The notes under the pieces are model-generated. The model searched no databases. It saw only the letters and a list, made by a program, of their open reading frames with translations, and was not told where the DNA came from. Positions 1 through 9,408 of a stretch of 64,000 bases of DNA are shown here, one piece after another (within the stretch, counting starts at the first letter, position 1; every line of letters begins with the position of its first letter). The stretch lies in NCBI GenBank assembly GCA_964654825.1, contig CAZZKG010000003.1:26531-90530 (forward strand). Reading direction: 5' to 3'. The translations under genes were made by a program, and so were the position numbers. The stretch is from an uncultured Gemmatimonadota bacterium (GTDB taxonomy: Bacteria; Gemmatimonadota; CAZMKB01).

Positions 1-2
1 TG

Positions 3-164
3 GGACCTGTTACCCTCACCATTCAGCCGGGCGGAAGTGTCGGTGGAAACCTGACGCACTCGATCCCCAACGGGGCGCCGCCGTGGGATTACCTGTACCA
101 GGCCGTTATCATTCAGAACGAAGAAGTAGTGGATGTGACAAACTTCAATTTCACCGTCGAGTAA
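3..164 (+). CDS. 3' end of a CDS truncated by the window start (C-terminal ~53 aa, ...NFNFTVE*)
   Basis: Open frame 3 runs from the window edge to TAA at 162-164. Not in the ORF track because it has no start codon. No recognisable domain. Confidence 0.25.
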   Translation, partial: GPVTLTIQPGGSVGGNLTHSIPNGAPPWDYLYQAVIIQNEEVVDVTNFNFTVE

Positions 165-313
165 TCAGGGACGGAACACCAGTGTTTTGTCATGTAGGAA
201 GTGGCACAAGATCACGAAGTAATTTTGTCTGCCTGCAAGGCTCGACTGAGGGAGCAACGCTGCAGGCAGATAAAAGGACAAGTGAGATGTGTCAGTTGTT
301 GCATGACAGGGCA

Positions 314-1153
314 CTAGTTGTCATGTGGCGGGAGAGGGCTTACAAACAGTGAGTCGTTCAGACCCGGGTTTATCTCGTAGGTGAGGATGGTCGTTTCCTG
401 GGCGAAAAGACCGTTCATGTACAACCTTACCCGGTAAGGGAGCAGAATGCCATCCGTTTTCCGATAGTCGAGGAGATCGAGCCGCACATGCTCTTCCACT
501 TCTCCGGCGAAGACGGGGTAATCCATCCTGCTCACGTGGAGTTCGTCGAGGTCTATCCACAGCGTCGTCTCGTCCGACTCCCCGTCGATAACGTAGACAA
601 TATAATGCGGTTTACCGTCGATGAAAGATTTACCCTTGATCATGGTGATTGCAGTCGAGTCAGTAGCCTGGATGAGGAAGTTCGGAAAATGTTTGAGCGA
701 TCTCCTCAAGAACTCGATCATTCTCCGATCCCCGGGGCTGGCTACCCCGTTTTCCACATACCAGGCAGACCCCTCGTTGTAACTCTGGACGTAGGTGTTA
801 TCGCCGATACTGGCCTCGCTCTTCATTTTTCCGGGGAAAGAGTAGAATGCGGTTTCCCGGGCTGATTCTCTTCCATCCGGGCCGAGACTCGAAGTGGTTG
901 TCATCTTCAGAGAATTCAAAGATGAGATTGACTTCATCCCACCGTGAGCATCAAGTGCTGTAAGGAGGATACTCCGCGCCGTGGGTTGAGTTTCCGGGCC
1001 GGATGTTTCCTCCTGAGTTTGACGTATCGCATCCGGCTCTTCTCTTCTTCCGGTGAAGGGGATGATCAGAATGAGAACGGTAAGGAGAAGAATAGCGATC
1101 AATATATACAGGTAAGGTACCTTTGTCTTTTTTGTGCTCAAACGTACCTCCAT
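314..1153 (-). CDS. hypothetical membrane-anchored / secreted protein
   Basis: 279-aa ORF. N-terminal KKTK followed by a long hydrophobic stretch (YLYILIAILLLTVLILIIPF), which looks like a signal anchor. No recognisable catalytic motif. Confidence 0.45.
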   Translation of the reverse strand: MEVRLSTKKTKVPYLYILIAILLLTVLILIIPFTGRREEPDAIRQTQEETSGPETQPTARSILLTALDAHGGMKSISSLNSLKMTTTSSLGPDGRESARETAFYSFPGKMKSEASIGDNTYVQSYNEGSAWYVENGVASPGDRRMIEFLRRSLKHFPNFLIQATDSTAITMIKGKSFIDGKPHYIVYVIDGESDETTLWIDLDELHVSRMDYPVFAGEVEEHVRLDLLDYRKTDGILLPYRVRLYMNGLFAQETTILTYEINPGLNDSLFVSPLPPHDN

Positions 1154-1345
1154 TTTCTATGAGCAATTTACATTTTTCCCGTTCCTTTGTAAAGCCTGTC
1201 ACTGATCGGCACGTGTGATCATTTTTTACACCGTTTCGTTGGTGCGGTCCGTGGATGCACACATTATGGAGAAGAAGGTGCAGGGAGGAGCAGTAATTCT
1301 ATGAGGGGGAGAAGGTATCACTTTACTCTTATATAGAAAAAAAGC

Positions 1346-1373
1346 TTGATATTGATATTCCCCGTGTTATACA
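1346..1373 (+). promoter_or_regulatory. putative sigma-70-type promoter (TTGATA-16bp-TATACA) upstream of the sigma factor gene
   Basis: TTGATA at 1346-1351 and TATACA at 1368-1373 with a 16-bp spacer, about 85 bp upstream of the ATG at 1459. Confidence 0.3.
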
Positions 1374-1458
1374 TTATTGATGGAAATCGGATTGCTTTTC
1401 GAATCCATAAAAAAGACCGGTACAACTCCTTTTCAATCAACAGTCGAATAGGAATCTC

Positions 1459-2307
1459 ATGTCCGACACCCGGTATCAACCAGATGATGCACTTCTGAAA
1501 ATTTATTTCAAAGAAATAGGGAAGTATTCCCCTCTTCCCCGTGAGGAAGAAAAGAGCCTCGCCCGAAATGCCAGGAAAGGGGATGCAAACGCACTGGAGA
1601 AACTCGTGAGAGCCAACCTTCGCTTCGTCATCAGGGTTGCCAAGAAATACCAGAACAGGGGGCTCTCGCTGTCGGATCTGATCGCCGAGGGCAACATGGG
1701 TCTTATGAGAGCGGCCATCAAGTTCGACGAGACGAAAAACATAAAATTCATTTCCTATGCAATCTGGTGGATCAGGCAGGCGATTCTGCAGGCTCTGGCA
1801 GAACAGTCACGGCTGTTCCGAGTTCCCCTCAACAGGGCCGATCTCTTCCACAAGCTCAGCAGAAAATCCGGCAGCCTCACCCAGCAGCTCGGCAGAGAGC
1901 CGACCGATGAAGAAATGTCGAGAGAAATGGGTCTGCCTCTGGAAGAAATCGATTCCCTGCTTGTTCTGACGCGGTCTTCACTCTCCCTGGATGCACCGGT
2001 AACCTCGGGTGATGAAACCGAACTCAGAAACTATATTCCAGATGATATCCATCCGAACCCCGAGGAAATTACCTTCGAGAAGATGAGAGCAACTGCCATC
2101 GACAGAGCTCTCTCGAGATTGAACGAACGAGAAGCAAAAGTGCTCAGGTTGTACTTCGGCCTTAACGGGGAGAAGAACCACACTCTCGAAGAGATTGGGA
2201 GGGGAGAGGGGATAACACGTGAGAGGGTGAGGCAGATTAAGAAACATGCATTGAAAAAATTGAGGCAGAAGTCGAGAGCGGAAATATTAAAATCGTTCCT
2301 TGAGTGA
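1459..2307 (+). CDS. RNA polymerase sigma factor, sigma-70 family (group 2/3-like, 282 aa)
   Basis: Region 2 motifs (LVRANLRFVIRVAKKY, DLIAEGNMGLMRAAIKFD, FISYAIWWIRQAI). Region 4 helix-turn-helix (LEEIGRGEGITRERVRQIKKHALKKLR). Confidence 0.85.
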   Translation: MSDTRYQPDDALLKIYFKEIGKYSPLPREEEKSLARNARKGDANALEKLVRANLRFVIRVAKKYQNRGLSLSDLIAEGNMGLMRAAIKFDETKNIKFISYAIWWIRQAILQALAEQSRLFRVPLNRADLFHKLSRKSGSLTQQLGREPTDEEMSREMGLPLEEIDSLLVLTRSSLSLDAPVTSGDETELRNYIPDDIHPNPEEITFEKMRATAIDRALSRLNEREAKVLRLYFGLNGEKNHTLEEIGRGEGITRERVRQIKKHALKKLRQKSRAEILKSFLE

Positions 2308-2487
2308 CATACAGATACATTTTGATCGTAGAGTACACATACGCTAATGTAAACATCGGGCTTGCTGCCAGTGAAGGAGGTGATTATAGGAGGTCCAGTC
2401 AAAATCGATGATGGAAGGTTTACCGTGCGGTAACACTGGTGAAGAAGAGGTGAGTACTGGGATAATTCAGAATAGAAGGAGCAGAAT

Positions 2488-3036
2488 ATGAAACTAACTT
2501 TCTCACGCAAGGGATACGTCATGGCATTCCTCCTCCTCTCCATTGCCATCAGTGGATGTGGCAAGGAGCAACCGCCTCCGAAAATCGAAGAGCCGGTTGT
2601 GGACGAAGATGCTCTCAGAAGGCAGGAAGAAGAAGAAAGACTCCGCAGAGAGGAAGAGGCGAGAAGACAACTGGAGGAGAGGAAAAGGGTAGTCGAGGAA
2701 AAGATCTCAGTGATGATCCATTTCGATTTCGACCGGTACACCATAAAGGACGAGTATAAGGACGTCCTCTCCGAGAAAGCTCAGTTGCTCAGGGAGTGGT
2801 CTACCGTCATGCTAAAGGTCGAAGGCCACTGCGATGAGTGGGGGACCAACGAGTACAACCTCGCCCTTGGTGAGAGGAGAGCGGACGCTGTAAAAGAATA
2901 CCTGATTGGTGCCGGAGTATCTGCTGACAGGATTACCACTGTTTCCTTCGGGGAAGAGAAACCTCTGGACATGGGTCATACGAAGGAGGCCTGGAAGAAA
3001 AACAGGAGGGCTGAATTTAAAATAGTCTCCTGGTAA
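2488..3036 (+). CDS. OmpA-family peptidoglycan-associated lipoprotein (Pal-like)
   Basis: Lipoprotein signal peptide with lipobox Cys (LLLSIAISGCG). Charged E/R-rich linker. C-terminal OmpA_C domain (NLALGERRADAVKEYL...RRAEFKIV). Confidence 0.8.
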   Translation: MKLTFSRKGYVMAFLLLSIAISGCGKEQPPPKIEEPVVDEDALRRQEEEERLRREEEARRQLEERKRVVEEKISVMIHFDFDRYTIKDEYKDVLSEKAQLLREWSTVMLKVEGHCDEWGTNEYNLALGERRADAVKEYLIGAGVSADRITTVSFGEEKPLDMGHTKEAWKKNRRAEFKIVSW

Positions 3037-3207
3037 AGCACCGGTTTCCCTGTGAATAGGGCCACGAAGGTCCTGTTCATGAATACGGTGATGCACCGAG
3101 GCCGTTTCCGCTCTTGCAGTGAGCCATGGATCTCCGGGGGCATACTGCAGGTGGAGATGGCCTTTTGCTTGGAACAAAGCTCCCGATGAGGGAGTGAGGA
3201 ATCACAG

Positions 3208-4431
3208 ATGAGAATACTGGCGATCGTCATGGCGGGCGGACGGGGGACACGGTTGTTCCCTCTTACGAAGTATCGAAGTAAACCTGCCGTGCATTTTGGA
3301 GGGAGATACAGGATCATCGATTTTGTTCTCAGTAACCTGGTGAACTCCGGTATCCACTCCATCTATGTACTGACGCAGTTTAAATCCCAATCCCTCAACG
3401 ACCACCTGTCGAGGGGCTGGCAGTTTGGCAGTTTACTTCAGGATTATTTCGTCACACCCGTTCCGGCGCAGATGCAGATCAACGGCAGCTGGTACCAGGG
3501 GACCTCGGATGCTGTATTCCAGAACCTGCATCTGATCGAATCCTTCAACCCGGACATCGTGGCGATATTCGGTGCGGATCATGTGTATCGGATGGATGTC
3601 AGGCGTATGATCGATTTCCACATGTCGAGAAACGCGGATGTGACCATCGCCGCTCTCCCCATACCGATAGAAGAGTCACACTGTTTCGGGATCATCGAAG
3701 TGGACTCGAAGTGGAAGATGGTACGATTCGAGGAAAAGCCCCGACACCCCGCGCCGCTGCCCGATGATCCGACCCTCGCTTTGAGCTCGTTGGGTAATTA
3801 CCTGATCAACACTCAGGTCCTCATCAAGGAACTCGAACGCGATAACAATCTGGACACTGCCCACGATTTCGGGCAGAGCATCATACCCTCTCTGCCAATG
3901 AGGAGGGACGTCCATGTGTATGATTTCAGAAAAAACAGGATCCCGGCTCCTGCGAAAGGCGAGGAACATTCGTACTGGAAGGACATCGGGACCATCAAGG
4001 CTTATTATGAAGCCAACATGGAACTCAAGGCCGTGGATCCTCTCTTCAATCTCTACAACAAATCGTGGCCCATAAAAACCGCACCCTCCGGTTTCCCCCC
4101 GGCCAAGTTCATCTTCGACGAACAGGGCAGAAGGGGGATGGCAGTAAACAGCCTTATCTCCGAAGGGAGTATCATCTCCGGCGGCTACGTCGCCGACTCT
4201 GTTCTCGGCAGAAACGTTTTCGTCCACAGCTATTCCCGCGTGGAACGTTCGATCATTTTCCACGATGTCGATATCGGAAGAAATTCCGAGATCAGGAATA
4301 CCATCGTGGACGGTATGGTGCGTATCCCGCCCGGTACCGTAGTGGGATTCGATCCCGAATCAGATGGTAAGCGCTTTCATGTCTCGGAAGAAGGTATCGT
4401 TGTTATTCCGCGAGGGTTTGACAACTGGTGA
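3208..4431 (+). CDS. glgC: glucose-1-phosphate adenylyltransferase
   Basis: N-terminal GGRGTRLFPLTKYRSKPAVHFGG motif, sugar-nucleotidyltransferase core and C-terminal left-handed beta-helix. 407 aa, typical GlgC size. Confidence 0.9.
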   Translation: MRILAIVMAGGRGTRLFPLTKYRSKPAVHFGGRYRIIDFVLSNLVNSGIHSIYVLTQFKSQSLNDHLSRGWQFGSLLQDYFVTPVPAQMQINGSWYQGTSDAVFQNLHLIESFNPDIVAIFGADHVYRMDVRRMIDFHMSRNADVTIAALPIPIEESHCFGIIEVDSKWKMVRFEEKPRHPAPLPDDPTLALSSLGNYLINTQVLIKELERDNNLDTAHDFGQSIIPSLPMRRDVHVYDFRKNRIPAPAKGEEHSYWKDIGTIKAYYEANMELKAVDPLFNLYNKSWPIKTAPSGFPPAKFIFDEQGRRGMAVNSLISEGSIISGGYVADSVLGRNVFVHSYSRVERSIIFHDVDIGRNSEIRNTIVDGMVRIPPGTVVGFDPESDGKRFHVSEEGIVVIPRGFDNW

Positions 4432-4456
4432 TTGTCAGAAAGCGAGGTGAGGATAC

Positions 4457-4927
4457 ATGATCAGTCTCAGCAGGTTTCTCGTCCCGACGGATTTTTCCGA
4501 TTTTTCCCGGTATGCGCTCGAATATGCGATCTCTCTTGCGAAGAAGTGTAATGCAAAGATCACACTCCTGCATGTGATCGATATGAATCAGTTTCCTCCC
4601 GATCTCACCCTGCATCACCTCTCACTCGATCCGGAGAAGCTGGAGGAAGCCCTTGTACAGGAATCGTCGGAGAAACTCCGAAAGTTTACCTCGAGGGTGA
4701 AGAGATCTCGCCTGACGGTGAAGTCGATCGTAGAAAGCGGTAAACCGTTCGTTGAAATCATCACCACTGCGCGGGAGATGAAAGCGAGCCTCATCATTAT
4801 GGGGACCCACGGACTCACCGGTATCGCCCACGCTCTGCTTGGCAGTACTGCGGAAAAAGTGGTGAGGAAGGCCCCGTGCCCCGTGCTCACCGTAAAGAGA
4901 CCGGATCATGAATTCAAAAGTCCTTAG
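4457..4927 (+). CDS. universal stress protein (UspA family)
   Basis: 156 aa. ITLLHVID and IIMGTHGLTGIAHALLGSTAEKVVRKAPCPVLTVK motifs typical of the UspA ATP-binding fold. Confidence 0.85.
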   Translation: MISLSRFLVPTDFSDFSRYALEYAISLAKKCNAKITLLHVIDMNQFPPDLTLHHLSLDPEKLEEALVQESSEKLRKFTSRVKRSRLTVKSIVESGKPFVEIITTAREMKASLIIMGTHGLTGIAHALLGSTAEKVVRKAPCPVLTVKRPDHEFKSP

Positions 4928-6293
4928 ATCTGTTTTTCTCGCATTTCTTCTTCTCCTCCTCCTCTCCTCCCGTCCACAGGCGAAGAAAGCCTCCTTCTAT
5001 CCAGGGGCGGACTTTTCAAAAAGGGCAGGTGTCCTCGAATGCCGGGAAGGGGTTACGTACACGTCAGCTGTTTTTCCCTTCGGGAGGACTGCCGACAGCC
5101 TCAGTCTCGTACTCGCCACTCAGGTCGAGAATCAGGATCTCCTCTTCGTAAAAATGGACACGAGGATGATTTCGGAACTCGAATTTTCACTCTATTTGAG
5201 AAACGAGGAAACCGGATTCGTTCTCTCCCGCACGTGGGAGGAATCCCTCACCGTAAAAACCGAATCAGAGACACGCTCTCCCATGAAGAGCGTCTTCCAG
5301 GCGGTTTTGAGCTGCCCCGCCGGCTCCACCGCTACTATTTTTTCTCATGAAATTGCCGACAAACATGCGACTAACACCGGTATCCTCGGTCCAACGAAAA
5401 TACTTCTGAAAAAACCGGAGAAACCGCTCAATCTCTCTGGACCCTATACAACTTACGCGAAGTCGGCGGGAGAAGGAGAAGACAGGATCAGGTTTACACC
5501 GGGATCGAATTACCAGGACCAGCTTTTCAATCCCGGCAAAGATTATGGTTATGGAGTGGATGGGGTCGGTTTCTACTTCGAATTGAGTAGATCCGACACG
5601 ACTGGTTCGGAACGTCTCACGGTCCGGACGAGGCTCCGTTATCAGGAGAAGGACTGGAAAGAGATCGGTGATCTGACTGATGTGTCGGTATCGGGTACCG
5701 GCTCCTTCTTCGTCCGGCCCGGACTCGAAAAACTCGACCTCGGAGAGGGGATTCTCAGAGTCGATGTCCTGGACCGGGAGGGGAAACTGCTCACGAGCGA
5801 CTCCACGTTTTTCTTCTGTTCACTAACGGAAACATGGATTCTCACAGAATATGACGGTGCAATCGAATACCTCGATCTTCTATTGACACCCCAGGAAAAG
5901 AAATCGTTCGATCAGTCGCAGAAGGGGGAAGAGCGAAGAAAACTGTGGAGATCGTTCTGGAAGGAGAGGGACCCGATACCCGCCACGTCCCAGAACGAGC
6001 GTCTGATCGAATACTTCAGGAGGATACAGGTGGCAGACGCCCGTTTCTCGACTCCTATCATGGAGGGATGGAAGAGCGACCGGGGCAGGGTGTATATACT
6101 CCTGGGACCACCGGAGGAAATATATCTCCAGGATGGTGCGCAGAGACTGGAGAAGTATGAAATCTGGATATATGACCGGACTCTTGGTTTTCAGCTCATA
6201 CTCTATTTTGTCGACAGGGGTTTTACGGGATTGTACTGGCTCCAGAACGAAGGTGATTTTCAGCAGGCGCTCTCACGGATGAGGGGGAGTTGA
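4908..6293 (+). CDS. GWxTD domain-containing secreted protein
   Basis: Signal peptide, with a C-terminal GWKSDRGRVYILLGPPEEIYLQDG...YEIWIY motif matching the GWxTD domain signature. Overlaps the usp stop by 20 bp. Confidence 0.55.
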   Translation: MNSKVLRSVFLAFLLLLLLSSRPQAKKASFYPGADFSKRAGVLECREGVTYTSAVFPFGRTADSLSLVLATQVENQDLLFVKMDTRMISELEFSLYLRNEETGFVLSRTWEESLTVKTESETRSPMKSVFQAVLSCPAGSTATIFSHEIADKHATNTGILGPTKILLKKPEKPLNLSGPYTTYAKSAGEGEDRIRFTPGSNYQDQLFNPGKDYGYGVDGVGFYFELSRSDTTGSERLTVRTRLRYQEKDWKEIGDLTDVSVSGTGSFFVRPGLEKLDLGEGILRVDVLDREGKLLTSDSTFFFCSLTETWILTEYDGAIEYLDLLLTPQEKKSFDQSQKGEERRKLWRSFWKERDPIPATSQNERLIEYFRRIQVADARFSTPIMEGWKSDRGRVYILLGPPEEIYLQDGAQRLEKYEIWIYDRTLGFQLILYFVDRGFTGLYWLQNEGDFQQALSRMRGS

Positions 6294-6410
6294 GGGAACA
6301 CGATACCACGAATGATGTATAAAGATTGAAAAGATTTCCGGGACCACCGGATTCCGGTCCCGGTAATCGGGATTTATCGTAATCGTCGTCTTTACTTTGG
6401 AGGTCTGTAA

Positions 6411-7913
6411 ATGAAGAAGATGAAGTTTGCAGGTATGATTCTGGTGCCGTTGTTGATGCTGGTAGCAGGGTTTTATCTCGGAACGAGCACCGATGCCGGA
6501 ATCTTTTCCAGGTTGCCGGCGTCCGATCTGGTTGCTCTCCCCTCGCCCGATACCGGCGATCTCGAAGCGGTTCGATCCTTCAGTGATGCGCTCATAGAGG
6601 TGTCGGAGAGTGTGAACCCCACCGTGGTGACGATATTCAGCGAGAAGACGGTGAGGAGATCCGGCTCGAGTTTTCAGGATTCCCCCCTGAGGGAGTTCTT
6701 CGGTGACGATTTCGCACGGCGCTTCTTCGGTGTACCTGAACATGATCAGGAGTTCCGGCAGCGGGGGCTTGGTTCCGGTGTCATCGTCAGCAGTGATGGA
6801 TACATTCTAACCAACAATCACGTTGTTGAAGGTGCGGATAAGATCAAGGTCGGTTTCGGAGAAGGGGAGCCGGTGGAGGGTGAAATCATCGGGAATGATA
6901 GAGCGACTGACATAGCCGTCATCAAAGTCGTCAAAGACGGATTGAAAGCCGCGAAGCTCGGTGATTCGGATACTATCAAGGTGGGCGAGTGGGTCGTCGC
7001 CATCGGTAATCCGTTCGGTCTGGAGCACTCGGTCACCGCCGGAATCATCAGTTACAAGGGCAGGTCCAATGTCCGGATAGCCGACTATGAAGATTTTATT
7101 CAGACTGATGCCGCGATAAATCCCGGGAACAGCGGTGGACCGCTGGTTAATCTGGACGGCGAGGTTGTCGGTATAAATACCGCCATTGCCAGTAATTCAG
7201 GTGCCTACCAGGGAGTCGGCTTTGCCATCCCCATAAGTCTCGCCAAGAGGATCATGGAGGAGCTCATCAGCAGTGGGAGAGTCGTCAGGGGCTGGCTCGG
7301 CGTCTACATCCAGGATGTCACTCCCACGGTGGCTGAAGCTCTGGATCTTCCCGACAAGGAAGGTGTTCTTGTGACTGACGTGGTCGACGGAGGGCCGAGC
7401 GAGGAAGCGGGACTGAAACGATATGACGTCATTCTGGAGCTCGACGGGAAAAAGTTGAAAGATGGGACTGAACTGAGGAACACCGTCGCTTCAACTTCGC
7501 CCGGCACGAAGGTGGATCTCACCGTTCGACGTGAAGGTAAGAAGAAGAAGATCGGCGTGAAACTCGGTGAACTGCCGTCAGGTGAGCAGCCGATGGCCGG
7601 CAGCAGATCCGACATCCTCAATAAGCTCGGGTTGAGGCTCCACGACGTCACGCCTGATCTCCAGCGAAGGTACGGTCTCTCCGGTGAGACAGGGGTAGTA
7701 GTGGTCGAAGTGCTTCCCGGCAGCGTTTCACAGGAGGCCGGATTCAGGAGCGGAGATTTTATCGTGGAGATCAATCAGAAGGCCGTCGAATCCGTATCGG
7801 AATTGAGAACGGTCCTTTCGGCGATGGATCCGGGTGATTCGGTCCTGTTCCTCGTTGAGAGAGGATCCGGAACGTTTTTCGTCGCACTCAAGCTTCCGGG
7901 AGATGGGAACTGA
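6411..7913 (+). CDS. htrA: periplasmic serine endoprotease DegP/HtrA with two PDZ domains
   Basis: Signal peptide. Trypsin-like domain with catalytic His (TNNHVV), Asp (DIAVIK) and Ser (GNSGGPL). Two PDZ-like segments. 500 aa. Confidence 0.9.
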   Translation: MKKMKFAGMILVPLLMLVAGFYLGTSTDAGIFSRLPASDLVALPSPDTGDLEAVRSFSDALIEVSESVNPTVVTIFSEKTVRRSGSSFQDSPLREFFGDDFARRFFGVPEHDQEFRQRGLGSGVIVSSDGYILTNNHVVEGADKIKVGFGEGEPVEGEIIGNDRATDIAVIKVVKDGLKAAKLGDSDTIKVGEWVVAIGNPFGLEHSVTAGIISYKGRSNVRIADYEDFIQTDAAINPGNSGGPLVNLDGEVVGINTAIASNSGAYQGVGFAIPISLAKRIMEELISSGRVVRGWLGVYIQDVTPTVAEALDLPDKEGVLVTDVVDGGPSEEAGLKRYDVILELDGKKLKDGTELRNTVASTSPGTKVDLTVRREGKKKKIGVKLGELPSGEQPMAGSRSDILNKLGLRLHDVTPDLQRRYGLSGETGVVVVEVLPGSVSQEAGFRSGDFIVEINQKAVESVSELRTVLSAMDPGDSVLFLVERGSGTFFVALKLPGDGN

Positions 7914-7932
7914 TCGATTACGGATTTCTCCA

Positions 7933-7980
7933 GGGGGAAAGCGTCGGGGATTGACCCGGGCGCCTTCCCCCTCTTTGTAT
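7933..7980 (+). terminator. possible stem-loop terminator after htrA
   Basis: AGGGGGAA (7933-7940) pairs with TTCCCCCT (7965-7972). The loop is long and the U-tract weak (CTTTGTAT). Confidence 0.3.
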
Positions 7981-8131
7981 CTGGGGGAGTCCGGATGACC
8001 CGCCGGGTGCGTGGAGCCATTCCATATATCTGAATCCGGTTGAATAACACCATATTAAAAAGTTGACACTGCAGGGCGGAATTGATACTTTTAATGCACT
8101 TTCATTGATCACCCCTCGAAAGAGGATTCAG

Positions 8132-9373
8132 ATGGATTCCCGGGCGCTCGAGAAGACAATCCAGAAAATAGGCACGTACCGGGACGAGATGATTGATTTT
8201 CAGAAGAAGCTCACATCCATGAAAGCCCTCTCTCCGGAAAACGGCGGTATCGGCGAGATTGAAAAAGCAACATTTCTGAAAACGTATCTCGAGAATATGG
8301 ATAACGTGAGCGTCGAGGAAATTCGGGCTGAAGACAGGAGAGTACCCTGCGGCTACAGGCCGAATCTGATAGCGAGGCTGCCCGGGGAAAAACACGATAG
8401 GACTGTCTGGGTCATGGCGCACACCGATGTGGTGCCGGCGGGAGAACCGAGTCTCTGGAGGGGAGACCCCTTCGATGCCTGGGAGGAAGACGGTTTGCTC
8501 TATGGGAGAGGAGTCGAAGACAATCAGCAGGGGCTGGTTTCCTCCCTCTTCGCTCTACGGGCTCTCGTTGAGCTGCAGATAGAACCGTCTCTGGATGTGG
8601 GGCTGGTTCTCGTCGCTGACGAAGAGACAGCGAGTGTGTACGGTATCGATTATCTGCTCGAGGCGAAGCGCGATCTTTTCAGGGATAATGATCTGATTAT
8701 CATTCCTGATGCCGGTAATGAAGACGGTACGATGATCGAAGTGGCAGAGAAGAGTATCGTGTGGCTCAAGTTTACGACAAAGGGGGCCCAGTGCCATGCT
8801 TCCACACCGGAGAAAGGGGCAAATGCATTCCGTGCGGCGAGCAACCTCATCGTAAAACTCTCTTCACTCTACGATATTTTCGGGATCAGTAACGAAATCT
8901 TCGATCCCCCGATTTCGACTTTCGAACCGACGAAAAAAGATTCGAATGTCCCGAATATCAATACTATTCCCGGTGAGGACATCTTCTATCTCGATTCGAG
9001 GATACTGCCAGCCTACGACGTCGATGAAGTTATGGAGAAGATCAGGAGCATGACCGGAGAGATAGAGGATCTGTTCGGGGTGAAAATACAATTCGAAACT
9101 GTGCAAATGGAAGTGGCAACCGATCCCACACCTGATGATGCGCCGGTGGTGAAGGCTCTCCAGAAAGCTATCAAGGAACTGCGTGATAAGGAGGCGCAGC
9201 CGATGGGTATCGGAGGCGGAACGGTCGCATCGTACTTCAGGAGAAGAGGGTACCAGGCTGCGGTCTGGGGCACGATGGATGAATCAGCTCACCAGCCGAA
9301 TGAGTACTGTAAAATCAGTAATATGGTTGAGGACGCGAAGGTGTTCGCGCATGTGTTTCTGCAGGACTCCTGA
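8132..9373 (+). CDS. M20 family metallopeptidase (ArgE/DapE/carboxypeptidase G2-like)
   Basis: MAHTDVVPAG, EEDGLLYGRGVEDNQQG and VLVADEETAS metal-binding motifs plus a dimerisation domain. The ATG at 8132 with an AAAGAGGA RBS is preferred over the ORF-track start at 8063. Confidence 0.8.
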   Translation: MDSRALEKTIQKIGTYRDEMIDFQKKLTSMKALSPENGGIGEIEKATFLKTYLENMDNVSVEEIRAEDRRVPCGYRPNLIARLPGEKHDRTVWVMAHTDVVPAGEPSLWRGDPFDAWEEDGLLYGRGVEDNQQGLVSSLFALRALVELQIEPSLDVGLVLVADEETASVYGIDYLLEAKRDLFRDNDLIIIPDAGNEDGTMIEVAEKSIVWLKFTTKGAQCHASTPEKGANAFRAASNLIVKLSSLYDIFGISNEIFDPPISTFEPTKKDSNVPNINTIPGEDIFYLDSRILPAYDVDEVMEKIRSMTGEIEDLFGVKIQFETVQMEVATDPTPDDAPVVKALQKAIKELRDKEAQPMGIGGGTVASYFRRRGYQAAVWGTMDESAHQPNEYCKISNMVEDAKVFAHVFLQDS

Positions 9374-9408
9374 TCCCCTCGGCTGGACCCTCAACTCGCT
9401 CACTGCTA

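Noticed and set aside
83-865. ORFs 83-352(+), 321-560(-) and 488-865(+), which overlap the 314-1153(-) gene or each other
   Set aside because: They lie fully within or antisense to a longer coherent ORF. They have Arg/Pro/Gly-rich composition typical of off-frame translation of GC-rich DNA. No motifs.
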